Shown here piece by piece: positions 50,063-61,742 of a DNA stretch of 64,000 bases. Every line of letters begins with the position of its first letter. Position 1 is the stretch's first letter. The notes beneath the pieces are model-generated. The model did not search any database, was not told the DNA's origin, and saw only the letters and a list, made by a program, of their open reading frames with translations. The translations under genes and the position numbers were made by a program. Source of the DNA: an uncultured Acidobacteriota bacterium (GTDB lineage: Bacteria; Acidobacteriota; Thermoanaerobaculia; Gp7-AA8); the NCBI GenBank assembly GCA_963741955.1, contig CAVUKB010000004.1, positions 32,001-96,000 of the forward strand, in the 5' to 3' direction.

Positions 50063-51439
50063 ATGCCGAGAGTGTTGATCATCGACGACGAAGCCGGAAT
50101 CCGCGAGGCGATCCGGATGACCCTCGAATACGAGAGCTATCGGGTCGACGAGGCGCGGTCCGGCCAGGAGGGAATCGACAAGGCGACCCGGGCCGATTAC
50201 GACGCGATCCTTCTCGACGTGAAGATGCCGGTCCTCGACGGGCTCGAAGTACTCGAGAACTTCAAGACGGCGCACCTCACCACACCGGTGGTGATGATCT
50301 CCGGGCACGGCGACATTCAGACCGCGGTCGAATCGACCCGGCTCGGTGCGTTCGATTTTCTGGAGAAACCGGTCAATCGCGACCGCCTCCTCCTCGCGAT
50401 CCGCAATGCCATCCGCCAGCGCAGCCTGGAAGAAGAGAACCGGGAGCTCAAAGAAAAAGAGGAGCGCGAATACCAGATCGTCGGGGAATCGCCATCCATG
50501 AAGGATCTGCGGGCGCAGATCGAGCGGGCGGCGCCTACCCGTGCCACGGTCCTGATCCAGGGAGAATCGGGGACGGGCAAGGAGCTGGTCGCCCGCGAGA
50601 TTCACCGGCGCTCGTCACGCGCGTCCGCGCCGTTCGTCCAGGTGAATTGCGCCGCGATCCCCGAAGAACTGATCGAGTCCGAGCTCTTCGGCCACGAGAA
50701 AGGTTCGTTCACCGGAGCGGTGCGGAAGCAGACCGGGAAGTTCATCGCTGCGGACGAGGGGACCATCTTTCTCGACGAAGTCGGCGACATGTCCTTCCGG
50801 ACCCAGGCCAAAGTTCTCCGCGTTCTGCAGGAAGGAGAGGTGGAGCCGGTCGGCGCTGCAACGGTGGTGAAGGTCGACGTGCGGGTCATCGCCGCAACGA
50901 ACAAGGATCTCCCGGAAGAGATCCGTGCGGGCCGTTTTCGCGAAGACCTTTACTACCGGCTCAACGTCATTCCGATCCGCACCCCTGCTCTCCGCGAGCG
51001 CCGCGAAGACGTGCCTCGCCTGGTCGAGCACTTCGCACGATTGTTCGCGTTGGAGAACAACTACCGGCCCAAGGAGTTCGCCCCCGCTGCGATGCGGGCC
51101 CTCCACGACGCTCCATGGCGCGGGAACGTGAGAGAGCTGAAGAACCTCATCGAGCGAGTGGTGATCATGTCCCCGGGCGAACAGGTGGAGATCGGCGACC
51201 TCCCTTCCGAGCTCTTCGTCTCTCCGGAGGAGATCATCACCGGTGCGATGAAGCTCGACCGGCTCCAGGACTTCAAGGACGAAGCGGAAAAGCTCTTCAT
51301 CCTGCGAAAGCTGCGGGAGAACGGCTGGAACGTCTCGCGGACCGCCGAATCGATCGATACGCCGCGCTCGAACCTCTACAAGAAGATCGAGCAGTACAAC
51401 ATCAAACGGGAAGGCGGCGCTCCAGCCGAGAGTGAATGA
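50063..51439 (+). CDS. Sigma-54-dependent response regulator (NtrC/NtrX family)
   Basis: Receiver domain, GESGTGKE, GSFTGA, FLDEV, WRGNVREL, Fis-type HTH. Confidence 0.95.
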   Translation: MPRVLIIDDEAGIREAIRMTLEYESYRVDEARSGQEGIDKATRADYDAILLDVKMPVLDGLEVLENFKTAHLTTPVVMISGHGDIQTAVESTRLGAFDFLEKPVNRDRLLLAIRNAIRQRSLEEENRELKEKEEREYQIVGESPSMKDLRAQIERAAPTRATVLIQGESGTGKELVAREIHRRSSRASAPFVQVNCAAIPEELIESELFGHEKGSFTGAVRKQTGKFIAADEGTIFLDEVGDMSFRTQAKVLRVLQEGEVEPVGAATVVKVDVRVIAATNKDLPEEIRAGRFREDLYYRLNVIPIRTPALRERREDVPRLVEHFARLFALENNYRPKEFAPAAMRALHDAPWRGNVRELKNLIERVVIMSPGEQVEIGDLPSELFVSPEEIITGAMKLDRLQDFKDEAEKLFILRKLRENGWNVSRTAESIDTPRSNLYKKIEQYNIKREGGAPAESE

Positions 51440-52278
51440 TGCCGGATGGCGAGCCCATCGGGATTTTCGACAGCGGCGTAGGGGGGTTGACCGTCTTTCG
51501 GGAGATCGCCCGAGCACTCCCTCACGAGCCGCTGATCTACCTCGGCGACACCGCCCGCGTCCCCTACGGGACGAAGTCGGTGGAGACGGTACGACGCTAC
51601 GCGCGTGAGGCGGCCGGCTTCCTGCTCGAGAGGGGAATCGGGATGCTGGTGGTGGCATGCAACACCGCTACCGCGGCCGCTCTCCCGGATCTCGCGTCCG
51701 AGCTTCCGGTTCCGGTGATCGGAGTCATCGAGCCAGGGGCCAGGTCTGCAGTCACGGTGAGCCGTGGACGGGTGGGAGTCATCGCGACCGAAGGGACAGT
51801 CCGCTCCGGAGCTTACGGGAAGGCGATCCGGCAGGTCGCTCCGGAGACGGAGGTGCTGGAAGCGGCCTGTCCTCTCTTCGTCGCCCTGGCCGAAGAGGGA
51901 TGGGCGAACACCCGTGTGGCGCGGGAAGTCGCCGAGGTCTATCTTCGTCCGCTCGTCGACGCCGGCATCGACACACTGGTGCTCGGCTGCACTCACTACC
52001 CGATCCTGCGCGGAACCATTCAATCCGTGGTGGGCGATGGAATCACCATCGTCGACTCCGCGGAGACCACCGCCCGAGCGGTTCGTGAACGCTTCCTCAT
52101 GGAGCGGACCGAGACGCGCGGAGCTCACCCTTCCTATCGCTTCCTCGTCACCGATTCGGAAGAACGCTTCCGGAAGATCGCCGGCGAGTTCCTCGATCAC
52201 GACGTCGATCATCTCGAGCTGGTGAGCCTGGAAGAGGAGAGCGAGGCGCGAGACGCGAGGCTCGAGGCTCGAGACTAG
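51436..52278 (+). CDS. murI: Glutamate racemase
   Basis: IGIFDSGVGGLTV, VACNTA, LGCTHYP. Confidence 0.96.
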   Translation: MMPDGEPIGIFDSGVGGLTVFREIARALPHEPLIYLGDTARVPYGTKSVETVRRYAREAAGFLLERGIGMLVVACNTATAAALPDLASELPVPVIGVIEPGARSAVTVSRGRVGVIATEGTVRSGAYGKAIRQVAPETEVLEAACPLFVALAEEGWANTRVAREVAEVYLRPLVDAGIDTLVLGCTHYPILRGTIQSVVGDGITIVDSAETTARAVRERFLMERTETRGAHPSYRFLVTDSEERFRKIAGEFLDHDVDHLELVSLEEESEARDARLEARD

Positions 52279-52455
52279 CCCGCATTTCTCACATCGTCTC
52301 TGCTGCGGAGACGGATAGCGGCCTGTCTACTACGTTGCGCACATCTTCGGCTCCTCAACATAGTCACCACTATGCCTTCGTCGCCGAAGCTGCGCGCGCC
52401 TTGTATCCAGACCGCTCTTCGCCTCCTCGCGTCGAGACGGTGTGAGAAATGCGGG
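52279..52455 (+). mobile_element. MITE-A copy (177 bp) with CTAG duplication
   Basis: CTAG at 52275-52278 (contains the murI stop) and 52456-52459. Confidence 0.9.
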
Positions 52456-52534
52456 CTAGAGGCTCGGGGTTCGGGGCTCGGGAACGTCCGACTTGTCAGA
52501 CACGTCAGACGCGTCAGACGCGTCAGACGGGTGG

Positions 52535-52611
52535 GACAGACTATTCTTCTGTCTAGTGGCTACAATACGGAATAAAATACGCCAAAAGTCGAACAATACA
52601 GAATATTATTC
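52535..52611 (+). other. Second copy of the 31-bp-phased AT-rich triplet
   Basis: GACAGACTATTCTTC (52535), TACGGAATAAAATAC (52566), TACAGAATATTATTC (52597). Confidence 0.5.
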
Positions 52612-52674
52612 GCCTCTCGCCTCTCGCCTCTCGCCTCTCGCCTCTCGCCCCGAGCCCCGAGCCTCGAGCCTCGA
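52612..52674. repeat. Heptamer tandem repeats (GCCTCTC/CGAGCCY), inverted relative to GAGGCTC-type heptamers at 52243-52273 and 52459-52482
   Basis: Direct reading of the sequence. Confidence 0.75.
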
Positions 52675-52675
52675 A

Positions 52676-55186
52676 TCAGTGTTCCGTGATCCGGAACCGC
52701 TTCACTTCTGTCTCGAACTCACCCGCGCTCGTCGCGAGCCCGCGCACCGTCTGGTTGAATTCCTGCGCGATCGCGTCGTTCTTCTGCGCGATGGTGAGCA
52801 TGGTGCTCGAAGCGTTGGCGATGCTCTCGGTGTCGACCAGCTGACGCTGCAGCAGATCGCGAATGGTCCGGAAGTCCGAGGCGATCGCTTCCATCGCCAG
52901 GGTGATCCCCCGTCCTGCGACCGACTGTTCGTGCGTCGCTTCCTTGACCCGCAGCGCGATCTCCCGGATCCGCTCCGATTCCTCCGACAGGAGTCTCGCT
53001 CCGGTCGCCTGCTCCCGGGTCGAGCGATGAATCTCGGCGATGTGGTCGGACATCTTCGAGGTCACTTCGTGCAGATGCCGGCTCGCCTCGGCTTGTTCGT
53101 GCAGCGAGGTGGTGATCTTGTTGGCCATCGAGTACGAGCTCTCCGCACTCTGCTGGATTTTCCCCAGAGACTGGGAGGCCCGCTCGGAGATCTCCACGTT
53201 GTGGTTCACCTGGACCAGCCCCTCGTGCATCGCGCGGACCGCGTCCTGCGATCCGGCCTGCACCGTCTTGATGATCCCGGCGATCTCCTTGGTGGACCCT
53301 CGCGTCTTCTCCGCGAGCTGACGGATCTCGTCCGCGACGACGCTGAATCCCGCGCCGTGCTCGCCGGCCTGCGCGGCGATGATCGCCGCGTTGAGCGCGA
53401 GGAGATTGGTCTTGTCGGTGATCTCCTCGATCACCGTGAGGATCTGGCTGATCTGTCCGATTCTCTTCTGCAGTTCGTCCAGAAGCGCGGCCGCACGCTC
53501 GGTCGATTTCTGCGCCACGCCGGCGCCTTCCACCGTCTCGCGCACCGCGTCGCTTCCTGCCGTCGCGTCCTCGCGGACCTGGTGGGAGATCTCCGAGGTC
53601 GTCTCGGAGGTTCGGCGCAGCTCCTCGACGGTCGAATCCATCTCCGTGACGAAGGCCAGCACCTCTTCACTGATCTGTGCGAGAAACTCGGTGCGCGACG
53701 ACATCTCGGTTGCCGACGCGTCCATCTGATTGACGGAGGACGAAGTTTTCTCGACCGAGTTGAAGAGATGATCCATGTTTTTCGCGACCTCTTCGGCCGA
53801 GGCCTGCATCTCGGTCGCGCGACTGGCGGAATCCTGAGTCGACTCGCTGACCTTGTCCGCCGCCATCAGCACGGACTGCGCACCGTTGCGGACGTTACTC
53901 AGAGCGCCGGTCGAGCTTTCCGTCAGCGAAGCCTGCTCGCGCGCGTGCAGCAGAAGGGTGTCGGTTCCTCCGGTGATCACCCGCACTCCCTCTGTGATCA
54001 CGGTCCCGCTCCCTCCGACCCTCCCGATCAGCGTTCGCAGGTTGATCCGCGTCGCCTCGAAGCTCTCCGCGAGCGCACCCACCTCATCGTCCGAGAAGAT
54101 TCGCTGTGTTCCGTCGAAGTCTCCCTGCGCCATTCGCGCCGCCAGATCGCTGATGCTGCGCAGCGGCGCGGAGAGATCCCGCGAAAGGAGCCACGTGGCG
54201 AGGGTAAAGATCAGAGTCGTGATGATCGCGATCAGGATTCCATAGAAGCCCACCTGCAGCGGAATCAGCTCGTAAGGTTTCCATGGAACGCTCAGCATCA
54301 GGATCGAGTGGTCCGCGAGCTCGCGGAAGCTTCCGACGTTCGGACCGATGAACCGGAGGCTGTTCCCGTTTCGTACCCGGCGGATCGTGTCGACTTCCAC
54401 TTCGGTCGGCTCCGGTCCGGTGGAGACGGCGGACCCTCCTCGAGGTACGAGAATCAGCGAGAAATTCGAAGGGATGGACTTCTGCAACGTCTCCAGCTTC
54501 GCGTCGTCGAGAGGGAGTTCCCTCTCCGCCGTAGCCAGCACCTGATCGAACTGCGGCCGGTTCGACGTGATCGCGAGCTCCTCCAGGGTAGTGGAGACGC
54601 GGGACGAGATCAGGAGTACCAGCGCCCCCATCGCAACGATGAAGAAGCCGATGAAGACGATCGCGATCTTGACCGCGAACGAAAAGCGACGGCCGGTATA
54701 CCGGATGTCCCGCTCCGGCGGTATCGCGAGGATCAGCAGCCTCTTCGCTTCCCAGTAGCTCCAGCCCATCGCCGATGCGGCGAGAATCAGCGCCGCTTCG
54801 AAGAAATACTCGAACCCGAGGAACGTCCGCATGTAGACCAGCGTTGCGAACGTGCCGAAGAGCAATCCCCCTCCGAGCCAGAGAGCCGCGGCTGCGATCT
54901 CCGTGACCCACAGGCAGCGGCTCATGGCGCCGGAGACGTCGCCTCCGCTGTCGAGGGCTCGCTCGAATCGCGCCGCCCCTTTTCCCGCCGCGATCGCGAA
55001 CGACACTCCCCCGATTCCGTAGATCACCAGAACTGCGCCAGCGAGCGACAGCCATTCATCGAACTGCAGCTGGACGACCTGGGTCAGAAAGAGAAGTGAA
55101 AGGAAGAGGCCGATCCCTGCGGCAGGGAGGAGAAGTCGAAGTGCGTATCTTCGTCCGAAAGACAATACAGACCTCTGTCTCGACAT
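52676..55186 (-). CDS. Methyl-accepting chemotaxis protein (multi-TM N-terminus, HAMP)
   Basis: [14 protein letters not shown]; [36 protein letters not shown] signalling motif. Confidence 0.93.
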   Translation of the reverse strand: MSRQRSVLSFGRRYALRLLLPAAGIGLFLSLLFLTQVVQLQFDEWLSLAGAVLVIYGIGGVSFAIAAGKGAARFERALDSGGDVSGAMSRCLWVTEIAAAALWLGGGLLFGTFATLVYMRTFLGFEYFFEAALILAASAMGWSYWEAKRLLILAIPPERDIRYTGRRFSFAVKIAIVFIGFFIVAMGALVLLISSRVSTTLEELAITSNRPQFDQVLATAERELPLDDAKLETLQKSIPSNFSLILVPRGGSAVSTGPEPTEVEVDTIRRVRNGNSLRFIGPNVGSFRELADHSILMLSVPWKPYELIPLQVGFYGILIAIITTLIFTLATWLLSRDLSAPLRSISDLAARMAQGDFDGTQRIFSDDEVGALAESFEATRINLRTLIGRVGGSGTVITEGVRVITGGTDTLLLHAREQASLTESSTGALSNVRNGAQSVLMAADKVSESTQDSASRATEMQASAEEVAKNMDHLFNSVEKTSSSVNQMDASATEMSSRTEFLAQISEEVLAFVTEMDSTVEELRRTSETTSEISHQVREDATAGSDAVRETVEGAGVAQKSTERAAALLDELQKRIGQISQILTVIEEITDKTNLLALNAAIIAAQAGEHGAGFSVVADEIRQLAEKTRGSTKEIAGIIKTVQAGSQDAVRAMHEGLVQVNHNVEISERASQSLGKIQQSAESSYSMANKITTSLHEQAEASRHLHEVTSKMSDHIAEIHRSTREQATGARLLSEESERIREIALRVKEATHEQSVAGRGITLAMEAIASDFRTIRDLLQRQLVDTESIANASSTMLTIAQKNDAIAQEFNQTVRGLATSAGEFETEVKRFRITEH

Positions 55187-55220
55187 GAGAGATCGTGCGA
55201 CAGAGGTGGCTGCGGCGCGA

Positions 55221-56723
55221 TCACTCGTCTGCGATGGGTTGCAGTTCCAGGGTTTCCTCTGGCAGCACCGGATATCGGCCGGTAAAGCAAGCGGTGCAGT
55301 ACAGTTCTTCGGGATTATTGACGCCTTCGTCCAGAGAATCAAGCATCCCGGAGGGGGAGAGAAACCCGAGAGTGTCCGCCTCGATGTATTCGCGGATCTC
55401 CTCGACGCTCTTCGAGTTCGCGATCAGCTCCTGGCGCTGCGGCGTATCGATTCCGTAATAGCACGGTCCGGTGGTGGGAGGTGACGAGATCCGCATGTGG
55501 ACCTCCTTCGCTCCGGCCGCCTTCAGCATCTTCACGATCTTCTTCGAAGTCGTTCCTCGAACGATCGAGTCGTCGATCAGGATCACCCGCTTCCCGGATA
55601 CGATCTCCCGCACCGGATTCAGTTTCACCTTCACCCCGAAATGCCGGATCGACTGTCTCGGCTCGATGAACGTGCGCCCCACGTAGTGGTTCCGCACCAG
55701 ACCGAACTCGAATGGAATGCCCGACTCCTGTGCGAACCCGAGCGCCGCAAAAACTCCGGAGTCGGGAACCGGCACGACGATATCCGCCTCGACCGGATGC
55801 TCCTTCGCGAGCTGTGCCCCCAGGCGCTTCCGCACCGCGCCGACGTTGTGCCCGAACACCCGCGAATCGGGACGCGCGAAGTAGACGTGCTCGAAGACGC
55901 AGCGCGCTTCGCGGGAAGCCGCCGTCCGGTGCACGGTTCGGATCACGTTCGTTCCGGAAGGATCGGATTCGAGCACCACGATCTCGCCCGGCTCGACCTC
56001 CCGGATCAGTTCCGCGTCGATCAGATCGAACGCGCAGGTCTCGGAGGAGACCACCAGCGCTCCGTCCAGACGGCCGAGGACGAGTGGACGGAAGCCGTAC
56101 GGATCGCGCGCTGCGAAGACTTTTCCCGTCGTCATCGCCACGATGGAGAACGCCCCCGTCACCTGGGAGAGCGCATCGATCAGCGCCGCTTCGAAGGTCC
56201 GGGCGCCCGAACGGGCCACGAGATGAATGATCGCCTCCGTGTCGGCCATCGTGTTGAAGATCGCCCCTTCGGCTTCGAGCTTCTGCCGGAGGTGATCTCC
56301 ATTGACGAGGTTTCCGTTGTGCGCGATCGCGATCGGTCCCTTGTTCGTCGACGCCACCAGAGGCTGCGCGTTCGAGAGAAGCGACCCGCCGGCCGTCGAG
56401 TAACGCACGTGGCCGATGGCCATGTTTCCGGGCAATCTCTGCAGCCGCTCCTGGGTGAAGATGTCCGCGACGTACCCCATCTCCTTCTCGAGGTGGATCT
56501 GCGGACTCTTCGGAGCGATCAACCGCTCGCCCGTCCCGTCGGTCCCGTCGGCCGTTCCGACATTCCCTGCGGAGGGGCGGGGGTCTGCGGAGAGAGACGC
56601 GATGCCCGCGCTCTCCTGCCCGCGATGCTGCAGCGCGTAGAGCCCGAGGTAGACGAGGTTCGCCGCATCCCGGTGGTGAAGGACGCCGAAAACGCCACAC
56701 TCTTCTTTGAACTTGTCGAACAT
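55221..56723 (-). CDS. purF: Amidophosphoribosyltransferase
   Basis: [47 protein letters not shown]. Confidence 0.97.
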   Translation of the reverse strand: MFDKFKEECGVFGVLHHRDAANLVYLGLYALQHRGQESAGIASLSADPRPSAGNVGTADGTDGTGERLIAPKSPQIHLEKEMGYVADIFTQERLQRLPGNMAIGHVRYSTAGGSLLSNAQPLVASTNKGPIAIAHNGNLVNGDHLRQKLEAEGAIFNTMADTEAIIHLVARSGARTFEAALIDALSQVTGAFSIVAMTTGKVFAARDPYGFRPLVLGRLDGALVVSSETCAFDLIDAELIREVEPGEIVVLESDPSGTNVIRTVHRTAASREARCVFEHVYFARPDSRVFGHNVGAVRKRLGAQLAKEHPVEADIVVPVPDSGVFAALGFAQESGIPFEFGLVRNHYVGRTFIEPRQSIRHFGVKVKLNPVREIVSGKRVILIDDSIVRGTTSKKIVKMLKAAGAKEVHMRISSPPTTGPCYYGIDTPQRQELIANSKSVEEIREYIEADTLGFLSPSGMLDSLDEGVNNPEELYCTACFTGRYPVLPEETLELQPIADE

Positions 56724-57055
56724 GAGATGCCGCCTGCCGGAGATTTTCAGAACATCCGCAATCGCGTGGTTACTCCTCGATTCGAGGGGTCGGGGGTCAG
56801 GGGGGGGTCAGGGGTCGGGGATCGAGGAGGTTTCGCGCGGGTTTGAGCTGGTGATGGCCTCATGGAAACATCCGCACCTTCGTGTCCACGAATCTGTTTT
56901 CATGACGATGGAAGGCGGGCTTCCGGATGGGTTTCGCAGAGTTCGAGCTGCGTTCTGCGTACAGTAGAGCGGACGTCACGGTCCCTGTGCCAGCCGCGAC
57001 GGTTCTCCCTGACCCCTGCCCCTGGCCCCCGCGATCTCCGAGCCCGATCCCAAAA

Positions 57056-59338
57056 TCATCTCCCGATCAGCTCCGCCTCTTCGCCCCGGCCGCTGATCAC
57101 GTCCTCGACCGAATCCCCTGCGAGTTGGAGGGCGAGCGAGGTGGACCAGATGCGGCGGAGATCGTCGACGGGTACGCCGATGAGCGGCACTCCTCCACGC
57201 GTCACGCGCACGGTTGTTCCGCCTGTCGTTCCGATGCGCCGGGCTGGGACGTCGAGCCGTTTTGCCGTTTCGAGAACCGCCGCCGTCTTCGCAGGATCGC
57301 AGCTCACCAGCGCCCGAGCCTGCGTTTCGCTGAAGAGGAGCGCCGTTGCGTCGAGATCCGGGGCACAGCCTTCCAGATCGAGATCGCATCCGATTCCGCC
57401 CGAGCACGACTCGGCGACTGCCACGCCGAGACCCCCGTTCGAGAGGTCGTGCGCCGATTCGATCAGCTCTCGCTCGTGAAGCTCCAGGAGCAGCTCGATC
57501 AGCGACTGCTCACGCCCGAGATCGACTCGCGGCGGCGCGACCAGCGCGTCGGGGAAGAACATCTGTTGCCACTCCGACCCGCCCAGCTCATCCGCGCTGG
57601 TGCCGAAGAGAACGACGTCCTTCTTCTCTTCGCGGAATCGCATCGAGCCGCGATGGCCGGCGTCCTCGAGAACTCCCACCATCCCCACCGTCGGAGTCGG
57701 GTAGATCGGTTTGCCTTCGGTTTCGTTGTAGAACGAGACGTTCCCCGAGACGACCGGCGTTCCCAGCTCACGGCATGCCTCGCTGATTCCGCGGATCGCC
57801 TCGGCGAATTGCCACATGATCTCCGGCCGCTCGGGCGAACCGAAATTCAGGCAATCGGTGATCGCCGCGGGCCTTCCTCCCGCACAGGCGATGTTGCGCG
57901 CCGCTTCGGCCACCGCCTGTTTCCCCCCCTCGTACGGATCGAGGTAGCAGTAGACCGGGTTGACGTCGGACGTGATCGCGAGCGCGCGGCGGGTCCCCTT
58001 CACGCGCACGACCGCCGCATCTGCAACCTCCGGCCCCGCGATCGTGTTCGTCCGCACCGTAGTGTCGTACTGCTCGTAGATCCACTTCTTCGAGCAGAGG
58101 TCCGGCGAGGCGACGAGCATCAGGAGGTGCTCCGTCAGATCGTGATCCTCCTGCCGATCTCTTTCGAGCCGCGGCGCGATACGATCTGCCCACTCGGGAC
58201 GCTTCATCGGTCGCTGGTAGACCGGCGCTTCGGTGGAGATCGGTTCCACCGGGATATCCGCGATCTCTTCTCCATTCCAGAAGAGGCGCTCTCTCCCGTC
58301 GGCGGTGACCTCTCCGATCACCGCCGCATCGAGATCCCACTTCTCGAAAATGTCGAGCACATCCTTCTCGCGTCCACGCTTCGCGACGATCAGCATCCGC
58401 TCCTGCGATTCAGAGAGCATGAGCTCGTACGGAGTCATCCCGCTCTCGCGCATCGGAACGCGGTCGAGATCGAGACGGACCCCGGTGCCGGCCCGCCCCG
58501 CCATCTCGAACGACGACGAGGTGAGACCTGCCGCTCCCATGTCCTGGATTCCGACGATCGCGTCGGTCTCCATGAGCTCGAGGCATGCCTCGAGGAGGAG
58601 CTTTTCGGTGAACGGATCACCGACCTGCACCGTGGGGCGTCTCTCCGCCGACTCCTCGTCGAACTCCGCCGAGGCCATCGTCGCACCGTGGATGCCGTCG
58701 CGCCCCGTTTTCGAGCCGACGTAGATGATCGGATTTCCGACTCCGGTCGCTTCGCCTTTGAAGATCTTCCCTTCGCGCGCGATCCCGAGTGCGAAGACGT
58801 TGACGAGGATGTTCCCGTTGTAGCAGGAGTGGAAGGAAGTCTCTCCGCCGAGGGTGGGGATACCGATGCAGTTTCCGTAGCCGGCGATTCCGCGCACCAC
58901 GCCGTCGACCAGATACTTCATCCGTGGTGCGTCGATCGAGCCGAAGCGCAACGAGTCCAGCGTGGCGATCGGACGCGCTCCCATGGTGAAGATGTCGCGG
59001 AGAATCCCGCCGACTCCGGTCGCCGCTCCCTGGTACGGCTCGATGAACGACGGATGGTTGTGAGACTCCATCTTGAACGCCGCGAGCCAGCCGTCGCCGA
59101 TGTCGATCACCCCGGCGTTCTCTCCCGGTCCCTGCACCACGCGCGGACCTTCGGTGGGAAACTTCCGGAGGTGGATCCGGCTCGATTTGTACGAGCAGTG
59201 CTCCGACCACATCACGGAGAAGATGCCGAGCTCGACGTAGCGCGGTGCGCGCCCGAGGATCTGCTCGATTCTCTCGTACTCGTTCTCGGAGAGTCCGTGG
59301 GCGGCGATGACCTGAGGGGTAATCTCGGGATCCTGCAT
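57056..59338 (-). CDS. purL: Phosphoribosylformylglycinamidine synthase subunit PurL (small type)
   Basis: [48 protein letters not shown]. Confidence 0.97.
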   Translation of the reverse strand: MQDPEITPQVIAAHGLSENEYERIEQILGRAPRYVELGIFSVMWSEHCSYKSSRIHLRKFPTEGPRVVQGPGENAGVIDIGDGWLAAFKMESHNHPSFIEPYQGAATGVGGILRDIFTMGARPIATLDSLRFGSIDAPRMKYLVDGVVRGIAGYGNCIGIPTLGGETSFHSCYNGNILVNVFALGIAREGKIFKGEATGVGNPIIYVGSKTGRDGIHGATMASAEFDEESAERRPTVQVGDPFTEKLLLEACLELMETDAIVGIQDMGAAGLTSSSFEMAGRAGTGVRLDLDRVPMRESGMTPYELMLSESQERMLIVAKRGREKDVLDIFEKWDLDAAVIGEVTADGRERLFWNGEEIADIPVEPISTEAPVYQRPMKRPEWADRIAPRLERDRQEDHDLTEHLLMLVASPDLCSKKWIYEQYDTTVRTNTIAGPEVADAAVVRVKGTRRALAITSDVNPVYCYLDPYEGGKQAVAEAARNIACAGGRPAAITDCLNFGSPERPEIMWQFAEAIRGISEACRELGTPVVSGNVSFYNETEGKPIYPTPTVGMVGVLEDAGHRGSMRFREEKKDVVLFGTSADELGGSEWQQMFFPDALVAPPRVDLGREQSLIELLLELHERELIESAHDLSNGGLGVAVAESCSGGIGCDLDLEGCAPDLDATALLFSETQARALVSCDPAKTAAVLETAKRLDVPARRIGTTGGTTVRVTRGGVPLIGVPVDDLRRIWSTSLALQLAGDSVEDVISGRGEEAELIGR

Positions 59339-59404
59339 GCTCGTCGTGGCTCCTGCGCGCGTCGGTCCGGGGCATTCTATCCGACCCGAAGGAGGATCGA
59401 ACAT

Positions 59405-60077
59405 CCCGGCTTGCAACCGGAGCGGCATGGCTTCCGCCGTGCCGGCCGCGGCGGGAGCCGCGGCGCTCCCTTTGAAGACACGAGGACAGCGGCGGGAGGG
59501 GAGAACGAGTGGTTTCGATGATCGTGTTTGATCGCGCGACTCGTTCTAATCCCGGCTTGCCAGTGGAGCGGCACGGCTTCCGCCCTGTCGGCCGCGGCGG
59601 GGGCCGCGGCGCTCCCTTTTGAAGACACGAGGACAGCGGCGGGAGGGGAGAACGAGTGGTTTCGATGATCGTGTTTGATCGCGCGAACCGAATCGATCCC
59701 GGCTTGCCAGTGGAGCGGCATGGCTTCCGCCGTGCCGGCCGCGGAGGGAGCCGCGGCGCTCCCTTTTGAAGACACGAGGACAGTGGCGGGAGGGGAGAAC
59801 GAGTGGTTCCCGCGATCGTGTTTGATCGCGCGACTCGTTCTAATCCCGGCTTGCCAGTGGAGCGGCACGGCTTCCGCCGTGCCGGCCGCGGCGGGGGCCG
59901 CGGCGCTCCCTTTTGAAGACACGAGGACAGTGGCGGGAGGGGAGAACGAGTGGTTTCGATGATCGTGTTTGATCGCGCGACTCGTTCTAATCCTGACTTG
60001 CCAGTGGAGCGGCACGGCTTCCGCCGTGCCGGCCGCGGCGGGAGCCGCGGCGCTCCCTTTGAAGACACGAGGACAGC
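59405..60077. repeat. Tandem array of ~147-bp units x~4.6 with double hairpins
   Basis: Unit starts ~59405, 59551, 59698, 59845, 59991; GGCACGGC-TTCC-GCCGTGCC and GCCGCGGC-GGGR-GCCGCGGC hairpins. Confidence 0.92.
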
Positions 60078-60897
60078 CTGGGAATATTGGGCGTCACGAC
60101 CGCCCACAGCAGAAAAAGTGCCCACTGAAGCGTCATGATCAGAACGACCGCCACGATCCAGTGTGTGAGGTGTCTTGTCGGAGTCTTCCGAATCGGACGA
60201 TTGAAGACTACCGGCCGGAACGAATCCGGAGCGAGCCGCAGAATACATGACCCCGGAGGGTCCCGGTACTATCGGAAGAGAGTTCGAACGTGAAGCTCGT
60301 CACAGTGACGAGTGATCGCATTGCACAGTCCCAAACGATGTAACCGATTACACAATGTGCTCCCACGCGGCACCGTCACGCACACATCCGCAGTGCAGTG
60401 ACGAACGCCCCCATCCATGGCGTGAACATCGAACAGGTTGAGCTCCTCCGTGCGTCACTCCGGAACGGATATTCTTCCACAGAACGTTCGTTCGGTACCG
60501 TTCCGGATGGTTCGTGAATTCAACACGTTGAATGCTCCTGCACACGTTCCGCGGCATGCCTGCGTATCCCTCTTTCGGGGGATGCGTTCGGATCGCGGAC
60601 GATATTTTTATTGTTGCGTGCTCTGCAATCGCCGAGGTACAGTGCGCGCTCGGTCTCCAAAGCTTCAATTGTCATGCAGTCGAGTCCCTGGGTGCCGGGC
60701 GGGTGTGGCGTCTCTCCATTCATCATGTCTCAGACACTCGCATGTGCCTTCGTGACTGCGCCTCTGTCGTGCAGCGCCTTTGCAGTGACCGGACTGCCCG
60801 CCTGCGGTGACCTCTCGCCGGGGGAGCGATCCGAGGAGGCATCCCTTCTTTGTCCTGCGAAAGCAGGCCGCCCCACGAACCCGATCGAGGAGGTCCC

Positions 60898-61713
60898 GTG
60901 AGTCGCCGATATGCACTTCTCGTCGTCGCGTCCATCGCCTGGATGTTCGCCTTGGCATCCCACGCCGCAGCCGCCGGTCCGCTCTTCCCTCAGCCGATGC
61001 ATCTGACCCGGGAGATCCGCGATCCGTTCACCCGGCGCACGATCCGCGTCGACGAGTACTACGAAGGCGATCGCGCCGTCAGCATCGAGTCGTCGCGCTC
61101 CGTGATCGCCGATTACGCGAAGGGCGAGCTGACGGAGATCGACCGTACCAGAGGAACGTACTCGGTCACACCGTTCGCCGCCGTGGCGAACGCTCGGGGG
61201 GGTGTTCGTACGCAGTCGGATGCATCGCGGGAAGGGAAGCTGGAGGTCGACGCGAAAGGGAGCGAGACCCGCCTGGACCGCTCCGTCGAGCGTTTCGTGG
61301 TTCGCGACGAGAATGCGCATCTCGTCGTCGATGTCGCGGTCGATCCCTCGATCCGGCTCTCCGCCGACGCCCTGGACGTCGTCACGGGCGCAGCGTTCCC
61401 GAGCTCTCCCGATTCGACCTCCGCGGCACTGCGCCGCGCTTCACGCGAGGGAGGGGGGACTCTGACTGCCAACTCGACGGGATCCGGAGGGACGTTCGCT
61501 CTCCCGGTCGAACAGATGCTCACCTGGGATGTCGACGGCGAATCGGTCGAGACGACGAACCGGGTCGTCCGGATCGGATCGGAACGGGTTCCTCCCGAGC
61601 TGGTGACCATTCCGCTCGGAGCGAAAGAGGTCGAGTCGCGGATCCTGCAGCGTAAGCGCCTCGCCGACGAGATCGACTCACTCGGGCATCATCCCACTCC
61701 GAACCGGCCCTGA
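60898..61713 (+). CDS. Secreted hypothetical protein
   Basis: GTG after GGAGG; signal peptide ending SHAAAA; genome-like GC3. Confidence 0.75.
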   Translation: MSRRYALLVVASIAWMFALASHAAAAGPLFPQPMHLTREIRDPFTRRTIRVDEYYEGDRAVSIESSRSVIADYAKGELTEIDRTRGTYSVTPFAAVANARGGVRTQSDASREGKLEVDAKGSETRLDRSVERFVVRDENAHLVVDVAVDPSIRLSADALDVVTGAAFPSSPDSTSAALRRASREGGGTLTANSTGSGGTFALPVEQMLTWDVDGESVETTNRVVRIGSERVPPELVTIPLGAKEVESRILQRKRLADEIDSLGHHPTPNRP

Positions 61714-61742
61714 AGAGATCACGAAGAAGAAAAGAGGACGCC

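Noticed and set aside
52493-59521. Long + strand ORFs (868 aa, 449 aa, 864 aa)
   Set aside because: Antisense shadows of the MCP, purF and purL genes in high-GC DNA.
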